Source: Octopus bimaculoides (taxonomy: Eukaryota). From it: a stretch of 57,485 nt of DNA. Each line of letters opens with the position of its first letter. Position 1 is the stretch's first letter. Positions 48,441 through 57,485 of the stretch are shown one piece after another. A program made the translations under genes and the position numbers. The stretch spans positions 60,267,257 to 60,324,741 of the forward strand of contig NC_068985.1 of the NCBI RefSeq assembly GCF_001194135.2. The letters run 5' to 3'. Below the pieces are notes generated by a model. That model was not told the origin of the DNA and did not search any database. It saw only the letters and a list, made by a program, of their open reading frames with translations.

Positions 48441-50431
48441 TAATCAAGCAATTGATGGATATTATAGCTGCTGATATCAGCTATAAAGTTCATAATTAAA
48501 TAACGAAGCACAATACCTTTTTAATCAACTTCACTGTATGTTCGACACTAACTTCTAACGGTTCTTAAATGGATTTAGTTGGTTTGGCTACCAGCATTTC
48601 AAAAATTAGAGTTTATTGAAAATTTTAAAATTTGGAACAGTAATGTACCTTTCCAAGCTAAATAATTGGAGCTGTTTCACTTTTGTTATAGAGGTTTAAA
48701 GTTTGATAATTTTCATCCAATCAGGAAACAGAATATGGAAGGTGTCATTTTGTGACAGGGGGTGAATTAAATCTTTTNNNNNNNNNNNNNNNNNNNNNNN
48801 NNNNNNNNNNNNNNNNNNNNNNNNNNNNNNNNNNNNNNNNNNNNNNNNNNNNNNNNNNNNNNNNNNNNNNNNNNNNNNNNNNNNNNNNNNNNNNNNNNNN
48901 NNNNNNNNNNNNNNNNNNNNNNNNNNNNNNNNNNNNNNNNNNNNNNNNNNNNNNNNNNNNNNNNNNNNNNNNNNNNNNNNNNNNNNNNNNNNNNNAATAT
49001 TGAACAGCATCAATACATGTGACAGTGACAAAGGTGATCGTAGCATCGCTAGAAACAACAACTAAATCTCCTTTAAATCACACACCTTTTCTTGTAAAAA
49101 TACAATTTTTTTTAACCCTAAAGGCTTTTCCCATTGTTTTCAAGAGCATACAACAAAAAAAAATTGGCCAAAATCAGTCTGGATGGGGTGAGAAGAGAGA
49201 GAGGTAAGAAGAAATTAGACCGTGATGAAAAAGACATCAGGAAAATTACCGTCAAAACGGAGAAAATCCAACATGTAGGTGTTCTTATCCGAAACTACTA
49301 TTATTGAAATTAGTCATTACTCATTTTGCCCCAATTTAGACAATTTTTATTGAAAATGGAAAATTACTAAATTAAACATTATTGTGGGAAAAAATTGACA
49401 TGGAATCCAACAGAAAAATAATATTAATTGTTAAACACCAAAAATTATCCTGATATTTAATTTGCAACCTCAATTACAATTGAGTCGAAGTTGAGGAAAA
49501 TTTTCATGAAAGAAAAGTACCTGTCACCTGATTGTGTTTCAAAATTCTCTCAACTTCAACAACTATGCTGACCAATTTTTACTCCCAAAGATAATGCAAC
49601 AGAACAAATGATGTAATACTTGCAATGTAATAGTTTCAAACAGATAGGGGAAAATAACAAGAAATCAAAAATTACTTATTCTGCCCCACTCCCTATAGTA
49701 ATTTCAAATGTTTGACAAATTAGAATGGTACAAAATGACAAAAAATATAGACAAAAGAAAGAAAGAAAAAGTTTCAAGTCAATGAAAAACGTATGAAGAT
49801 ATGTGCAATAATTCAAAAGCTGAAAAAAAAATGTTTTTAACTGTTGTGAGATATAATTTTATAACTGAAGCTAAATTCAAAATTTACATTTTAGAACATT
49901 TCTTACTTGTTCGTTTGTAAAGACCAGTTTTCGCTGCCTCGGGGGAAGAATGAAGTTTACAAGTGCCAATGTGTGTGTGTGTGCGCGCGTGCACCTTTAA
50001 TTCCAGGGTCATCGCTCAGTCATGCATAGAAAAGAAAAATTTGAACTTCCTTCTGTCAAACTATTTTCTATCCATTCAGACTTATACACGAGCACACACA
50101 TACATACATACAAATATACGTCAATTATAATCTGCTTCTGGCTTTATTGTTTGCTGTATGGAAGCTAATAAGTGCTAGGTTCAGCCCAATGCCANNNNNN
50201 NNNNGTACTCATATATGCATGTATGTATACATATAGATGTAGGTATGTACATATATGTATGGATATATGCATATATTTATATATTATTTATATTATTATA
50301 ATATATATATATATATATTTATATATTATTTATTTTATTATATATATATATACACACACACACATATATGCATATGTATGTATATATGCATTAATTTGTA
50401 TATAAATTTAGTTACACTTTATCACGATTGA

Positions 50432-50880
50432 CTAGCAGTCTGCTGTATCATAGATTTTGATTTCTATTAATTCTCCAAGGAATTCTTTGACCAACTGCTT
50501 TGCTTCATTGTTTTATTTGTTTTGTTTTTTCTTTTTTTAAACTTTTATTCTTTCTCTAAGACTTTAGATAATTTCTTTGAAAGCAATGTTTTGATATTAT
50601 GCTCCCCACCCATGTATATGGACTTTAATATCTTAAAGGGCCCACTTGTCATCAGGCAAGCTAACAACCTGGCCAGTCCGTTATATATTGCCAGAGAATA
50701 GGTCAGCCTTACAGGGGACTGGACTTGTTCCCAAATGAATTGAAGGCTGGAGTCATCTGCAGCCAGCTTCATATGAGGTATTTGGAAGTGTATTCCTTCT
50801 TGTGCACCTATTATTGAAGTGGTTTCAATGCAATTATTGTGAATGCTGACACATCATACATGTTTATTTTTTGAAAATAT
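50432..50880 (-). mobile_element. Helitron 3' end with PIF1-like helicase C-terminus
   Basis: HNNCIE...G...QIPHMKL..DSSLQFIWEQVQSPVRLTYSLAI resembles the Rep/Hel IPRI...QFPVRLAFAMTI segment; terminus ...CTGCTAG|T at 50432. Confidence 0.7.
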
Positions 50881-50917
50881 TATCCTTTTCATTGTTTCTC
50901 TTTTTAGCTAACGTTGT

Positions 50918-51284
50918 TTAGGAGAGTGGGTTATATATCTTTAGATATACACCTAACTTTCCTATATTAAATTGGAAGAGAACTGAACGCAGAAACTCCA
51001 AACTGATCAACAACAAATATTTATTGTACGGTGGAAAATAAAACAGCTTCCAATTGTCCGGTTTTAGAGTAGCCTGAAATGTAGATGTACGGTTCCTCGA
51101 GCTGGTGTCGTTGTAGAGACAACTTGGTTCAACCACACTCAAATGGGAGAGCTTGCTTAGACGTCTTGCTTGGTAAAGAGACAGTCTAATAGCGGGAACG
51201 CTTCGATGTTGAAACCCACGCATGCGTGGTTAAGGATTCAGCAATGGCGCCTCAGCCTTTTGGCGCCAATATGACGTCACTACA
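50918..51284 (-). mobile_element. Solo-LTR-like repeat
   Basis: Minus strand starts TGTAGTGACG, with AATAAA and a terminal hairpin; direct repeat GTTGT at 50913-17 and 51285-89; homologous to 41201-41534. Confidence 0.65.
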
Positions 51285-52379
51285 GTTGTCTGTCAATGCA
51301 CATATTTTATAAACAAATATTTCGATTAAGCAGACAATAATTAATTGCATTAAAGTGCATGTGTTAAGTAAGGGAATTAAAAAAATATATTAACAATGCT
51401 ATTCACAGTCCAACCACCAACAAGGCTCAGTCCAAGTTATTTGCCAACAGAGAATATTTCTTTTACTTTTCATTTCACTTCAATTCAGCAATTTAGTTAT
51501 TTGTATATCTATTAATAAATCTCTCTATTTGCGTAACTGCTGATATATCAGTACACTTACCTACCTACCTACCTGCCTGTCCGTGTGTATGTCTGTCTAA
51601 TTAACTATCATATGTACTTTCTGTTTGTGCCTATGTGTATATGTATGCTTACTTTCATAATACCGATAAGCATTGAAACCTAATAAACAAACTTGTAGCA
51701 TACACTTGAGTGAAATTGCTCTCCTTCTCTATTATATATACATACATATGAGCGTAGTAGATAACAGCTAGCCTTTGGCCGCATTTTGGACCCCGCTGTG
51801 TCCACTGGTTGGTATTGGTGCAATTTGTCTCTTACTCTATCGCGCCAGTACACAGGGTATAATCAATTGAAGCCCCTAAGTAAGGTCACGTGTGACAGCC
51901 TGTTCTCAACTCAGTTTTGAGCCTATAACTCCTTATAAAAACCCAGCTTCTCCTCATCTCGAGGTCTTTTGGTTCCAGACCTTTTAAGGTCTAGCCACTG
52001 ACCACACAAGATACAGCCAGTTTCAGCGACAACACAACAGCAGCCACATGGAGACTCACCCAACTTTGTCCAACAGCATTTGGCAACCTCCATCTTCACC
52101 ACCATTGTCCTAACGCCAACATCTCTCTACGTACACAACTCAACAAGCAACTCACCCAGGTTCCAACACCCCACTGTTCATGAATTACTTCACCATGGAC
52201 CAACAGCGAATATACTACCTGCGAGAACTCCTGTACCAAGTGACCCAGGCAGCAGCATCACAGCCACAACTTCACGTATGACATGTACCTCAAGGATGAG
52301 GTCCCAGACTAAACACGACCAAACACCAACATCATGACCCTAACGGTGGAGTAAGTGAAGGTGGGCTATCTCAAGCCCC

Positions 52380-54134
52380 CAAGGACTGACTCCGGCAGAA
52401 GAGGGTAATTCCTGGCAGGCAGGCGTGACAAAGGCAGATAGACTCTGGCAGCTCACTGCAGCCAGCCTCATCAAGTCTGCACGTCTCAATTCTTGAACCA
52501 CAGTAGAGAAGTTCCTGGCCAAGGCATGCATGTGGCCAATGTGCAGCTACGATCACCTCAAACAATTTATTCAGCACATCGCTTTGTCTTTCTAATCTGT
52601 CACAAAAAGCTCAATGATGATGGTATCGTGGGCACCAGAGGCAGGCCTGGAAAGCTGGAAGCCTCTAGTCCGTGACCACACATTGGTGGCGAATTTCAGA
52701 TGGTCGCTCTCCAATGAATAGCTGTGACATTAGAGTTTGGTGGCTAGATTTGTGACTGGGCTGGCCTCTTTAAGATTACCGCAGCTCACCCCTCAAGGGG
52801 AAGCCCCTAGAAAAGGTGGGGGTAAACATTGGACATGGCAACTCAATCTGGCCAGCATACCGCAGCTGGCAGACCTCCCACTTAGCAGTCAGAACTCTAC
52901 TAAATCTTCTGTTTCATAACCTCTCACCTTCGGGGCCTGGAACAGCCACACTCTCTTGGACAAGAGTGACATTATTCAACCAGAGTGACATACAACCCTC
53001 ATCTGCAAAGAATTTGCCCACTTCAACATCGATGTGGCAGCCTTGAGTGAGACTAGGCTTCCCAGAGAAGGCAGCATCAGAGAAACTGGCTTCAAATACA
53101 CCATTTTTTGGAAGGGGAAGAATCCTAATGAACCACGCATCCATGGAGTTGGCCTTGCCATCAAAACGCAACCCATGGACCAACACAGACTCGTACCAAC
53201 TGTCGTCAGTGAGCGCTTAATGACTGTTCAGATCGCACTCATTTGGGACAGATTCCTTACACTGATTTCTGTGTATGCCCCTACCTTCACGATGTCAAGG
53301 CTTTGTTCTACAACCTGTTGGACTGCACTATCCAGACAGTCCCTGCACATGACAGACTCATGTTGGGGGACTTTAACGGCAGAGTTGGCAGTGACCATTG
53401 TCTGTGGAATGGCAGCCATCATGGCATTGGGAAATGCAATGCCAAAGGCCAGCATCTCCTGGGCCTTTGTGCCAAGCATGAACTTGTCACCACCAACTCC
53501 TTAATTCGTCTCCCCACATGACAAAAAACAACCTGGAAACACCCACAGTCTAAACACTGGCACATCCTCGACTACGTTCTGACAAGATCCAGGGACAGAC
53601 GAAATGTATGCATCACCTGCTCCATGCCTGGTGCAGATGACTGCTGGACGGATCACCACCTTATTTCTCGCCTTGACATCAAGATTCACTGCCCACCAAA
53701 GTGGGTCTCAACAAACATCCCTTGCCGATGCTTCCACTGTGCCAAACTCCAGAACTCACAGACATCCCAAGACTCCAGGGAACCCATTGAGAGACACCCG
53801 ATGTACCTCCCAGAGCCAACCTCCATTAAGGATTGCTGGACCAGCCTTCGTGAAATCATGACCGCTGCCGCCAAGAAGGACCAAAACTGGTTTGACGAGA
53901 ATGATGAAATCATCTCCCATCTTTAGAAGCCAAACTCCTGACACACCTAGTCCTAGAGAACCATCTTTTGGAAGGGGAAGAATCCGAATGAACCACACAG
54001 CCATAGAGTTGGCCTTACCATCAAAACTGCGTGGAACAAACAAAAACACCAGCAAGCATCAGCAGAATATCAGCGAGGAATTTCAGAAGCTCAGAACATC
54101 TGGTGGCAGAGGAAAGCAGAAGAGATGCAAAACT
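52380..54134 (+). mobile_element. RTE (BovB-like) LINE 5' half (5' UTR, APE endonuclease, linker), 3' part lost in gap
   Basis: NIDVAALSETRLPREGSI...YTIFWKGK.PNEPRIHGVGLAIK, LISVYAPT, LGDFNGRVG, TWKHP.SKHWHILDYVL, WTDHHL, WFDEND, WWQRKAEEMQ. The 5' boundary is uncertain. Confidence 0.88.
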
Positions 54135-54486
54135 NNNNNNNNNNNNNNNNNNNNNNNNNNNNNNNNNNNNNNNNNNNNNNNNNNNNNNNNNNNNNNNNNN
54201 NNNNNNNNNNNNNNNNNNNNNNNNNNNNNNNNNNNNNNNNNNNNNNNNNNNNNNNNNNNNNNNNNNNNNNNNNNNNNNNNNNNNNNNNNNNNNNNNNNNN
54301 NNNNNNNNNNNNNNNNNNNNNNNNNNNNNNNNNNNNNNNNNNNNNNNNNNNNNNNNNNNNNNNNNNNNNNNNNNNNNNNNNNNNNNNNNNNNNNNNNNNN
54401 NNNNNNNNNNNNNNNNNNNNNNNNNNNNNNNNNNNNNNNNNNNNNNNNNNNNNNNNNNNNNNNNNNNNNNNNNNNNNNNNNNNNNT

Positions 54487-56563
54487 GGAATTAAAAATTA
54501 TTTTTATGCATTTGTGTACATTTAAACTAATAAATAAATAAATACATTTAAACTAATAAATATTTACAGAATAATAGAATTAAAATTTCTTTGATTAAGA
54601 CTCTTTTTAACATGGAAGTATCCAAAGAGCATTTGAGGCACATAATGCTTTACGAGTACAAAAAAGGAAACTCTGCAGCCGAAGCGACTCAAAACATACA
54701 CTCAGTTTATGGGAAAGAATGCTTGAATGAAAGAACTTGCAGAAGATGGTTTGCAAAATTCAGAAGTGGAGATTTCAGCCTTGAAGATGAAGATCAAACA
54801 GAACGACCAGTTGAGTTTGATGATAAGCTCCTTGAGGTATTACTTGAAGAAAATCCTGCATTATCAGTTGAAGAATTGACAATAAAGCTTAGTTCAAACC
54901 ATACAACTGTTCATCGTTATCTTCAACAACTTGGAAAGATTCCTAAACTTGGAAAATGGGTGCCTTGTGAATTGTCCGAAAGGAACTGCAAATCCCAGGT
55001 TGACATCTGCTCTTCTCTCCATTCTCGTGAACTCATTTCACCCTTTTTGGATAGATTTGTAACTGGTGACGAAAAATGGATCTTCTATTGAAATGTTAAA
55101 CGTCGTAAACAGTGGCTTTGTAAGAGGGAAAAAGCTCAACCACAATTGAGAAGGGAACTTCATGGGAAAAAAATTCTTCTCTCCACCTGGTGGGATTGCA
55201 AACAAGTAATTCACTTTGAATTGTTACCACCTAATACAACAATCAATGCTCAAGTGTACTGTCAGCAATTAGAGCATCTGAACCAAGCTTTGAAGAAAAA
55301 AAGACCCGCTTTAGTGAATAGAAAAGGAGTGATGTTTCATCAGGACAATGTACGACCCCACACTGCAAAGATCACATCACAGAAGATCGAAGAGCTTGGT
55401 TGGAAAAAAATTCCTCATCCACCTTATCCTCCCGACCTTGCTCCTTCAGACTACCATTTGTTTTATAGTTTACAGAATCATTTGGAGGACATAACTTTTG
55501 CAAGCCAGGAGGAGGTCAAAACTGACATTTCAGAGTTCTTTGCTTTGAAACCAAAAGAGTTTTGCATTGATGGGATTAAAAATCTTGTAAATAGATGGAA
55601 GGAAGTCATAGATAATCAGAGAAAGTACATTGATTAAATTTCAGTTAAATATAACATTTGATCACTTGTTTTGTTTATTCAAAATNNNNNNNNNNNNNNN
55701 NNNNNNNNNNNNNNNNNNNNNNNNNNNNNNNNNNNNNNNNNNNNNNNNNNNNNNNNNNNNNNNNNNNNNNNNNNNNNNNNNNNNNNNNNNNNNNNNNNNN
55801 NNNNNNNNNNNNNNNNNNNNNNNNNNNNNNNNNNNNNNNNNNNNNNNNNNNNNNNNNNNNNNNNNNNNNNNNNNNNNNNNNNNNNNNNNNNNNNNNNNNN
55901 NNNNNNNNNNNNNNNNNNNNNNNNNNNNNNNNNNNNNNNNNNNNNNNNNNNNNNNNNNNNNNNNNNNNNNNNNNNNNNNNNNNNNNNNNNNNNNNNNNNN
56001 NNNNNNNNNNNNNNNNNNNNNNNNNNNNNNNNNNNNNNNNNNNNNNNNNNNNNNNNNNNNNNNNNNNNNNNNNNNNNNNNNNNNNNNNNNNNNNNNNNNN
56101 NNNNNNNNNNNNNNNNNNNNNNNNNNNNNNNNNNNNNNNNNNNNNNAAAAAAAGACCCGCTTTAGTGAATAGAAAAGGAGTGATGTTTCATCAGGACAAT
56201 GTACGACCCCACACTGCAAAGATCACATCACAGAAGATCGAAGAGCTTGGTTGGAAAAAAATTCCTCATCCACCTTATCCTCCCGACCTTGCTCCTTCAG
56301 ACTACCATTTGTTTTATAGTTTACAGAATCATTTGGAGGACATAACTTTTGCAAGCCAGGAGGAGGTCAAAACTGACATTTCAGAGTTCTTTGCTTTGAA
56401 ACCAAAAGAGTTTTGCATTGATGGGATTAAAAATCTTGTAAATAGATGGAAGGAAGTCATAGATAATCAGAGAAAGTACATTGATTAAATTTCAGTTAAA
56501 TATAACATTTGATCACTTGTTTTGTTTATTCAAAATTCGGACAGAACTTATAGGATGACCTGA
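54487..56563 (+). mobile_element. Mariner element (left TIR in gap; right TIR ...AAATTCGGACAGAACTTATAGGATGACCTGA|TA)
   Basis: Transposase plus right TIR followed by TA; 56147-56535 duplicates 55296-55685 across a gap. Confidence 0.9.
54612..55637 (+). pseudogene. Mariner DD34D transposase with a single in-frame stop
   Basis: ATG at 54612; WVPCEL, VTGDEKW, HQDNVRPH-(34 aa)-SDY, YPPDLAPSDY; TGA at 55089-91, both halves in one frame. Confidence 0.92.
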
Positions 56564-56712
56564 TATAGGATAACTTATAGGATAACTTTACTAGGCAAAA
56601 ATTGTAAGTAACCCTAAAGTTTTAGCTTGTTTGACATCATCAGACTGCAAATTACTTTATTTTTTGGCTTTATATAGACTTCAGCAGGTGGGGTAATGTA
56701 AAGTTGTTGTAA

Positions 56713-56915
56713 GGCAGCGAGCTGGCAGAAATGTTAGCGCGCCAGGCGAAATGCTTAGCAGTATTTCGTCTGTCTTTACGTTCTGAGTTCAAATTCCGCC
56801 GAGGTCAACTTTGCCATTGATCCTTTCAAGGTCGATAAATTAAGTACGAGTTGCGTACTAACTGGCTGCTCCCCTCCCCCAAAATTTCAGGCCTTGTGCT
56901 TAGAATAGAAAAGAA
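56713..56915 (+). mobile_element. Family D SINE, CpG-rich (young-looking) copy
   Basis: GGCAGCGAGCTGGCAGAAATGTTAGCGCGCCAGGCGAAATGC...GAGTTCAAATTCCGCCGAGG... Confidence 0.85.
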
Positions 56916-57369
56916 TGTAAAGTGGTTGTGTAGGAAGGTAGACTGTAGGCTGATAAAAAGTTATGGTGAAAAGATTAATTTTGGTTTGTTATGTGAATTT
57001 TGTTATTGTTTAGTATTCAGTTAGGGGTGGAAATAAAGGAGGAAACATATATGTCATTTGGGTTACAACATTCTTCTTATAGAGAGTTTGGAATTTTAAG
57101 ATTCATAAATGTTTATAGATAATATAGTTAGTCACACACTATAGACTACATTGAGGTTGAATTTGATAAAGAAATTTTTAACAAAGTACTTTAGGAAGGT
57201 TTGGATCGACAAGATTATGGTACTGAATATGTTTATTAGCATTTTCTAATCTGGCTATTTATATTTGTTTTATGTGAGTGTAGTCAAATGCATATGTGAT
57301 TGCATGTCATGACCTATACATCCAGTTAAATGCATATATCTGAGGAAAAATGACCAATACATACAATAA

Positions 57370-57387
57370 TCTGTATATATGTTATAT

Positions 57388-57485
<98 letters not shown>
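57370..57485. repeat. (AT)n microsatellite
   Basis: Direct reading. Confidence 0.95.

Noticed and set aside
51923-52105. Cys-rich 60-aa minus-strand ORF
   Set aside because: It is antisense to CA-rich sequence, has no recognisable motif, and its cysteines derive from TGT/TGC bias.
56147-56535. Apparent tandem second mariner 3' end
   Set aside because: It appears identical to 55296-55685 and is separated only by an N gap; most likely an unmerged contig overlap.

Overview
AT-rich, gap-ridden (many N runs) eukaryotic draft-genome window. It is probably an octopod cephalopod, inferred from the repeat repertoire rather than from a marker gene. I cannot support any intact host gene: the window reads as intronic or intergenic DNA filled with microsatellites, SINEs and decayed transposons. 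Retroelements: several RTE-clade LINEs (one near full length at about 19.9-23.5 kb), a cluster of R4/Dong-like RLE elements next to (TAA)n tracts (34-44 kb), a CR1/Jockey-like RT remnant, and two solo-LTR-like repeats. DNA elements: piggyBac, two Tc1 fragments, a mariner with one nonsense codon, a Merlin (ISXO2-like) transposase pseudogene with two related MITEs carrying telomeric repeats, a hAT-like MITE, and Helitron/Helentron pieces. The most unusual signals are two minimal type I hammerhead ribozyme motifs in (AT)n-flanked units (18991-19061 +, 30630-30719 -), LTR-like repeats whose 5-bp target duplications overlap the terminal TGT/ACA, an RT-deleted Dong derivative seen twice with the same junction, and strong hairpin insertions. 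Boundaries of old repeats are approximate (about +/-10-30 bp). All homology calls are by eye, with no database searches.
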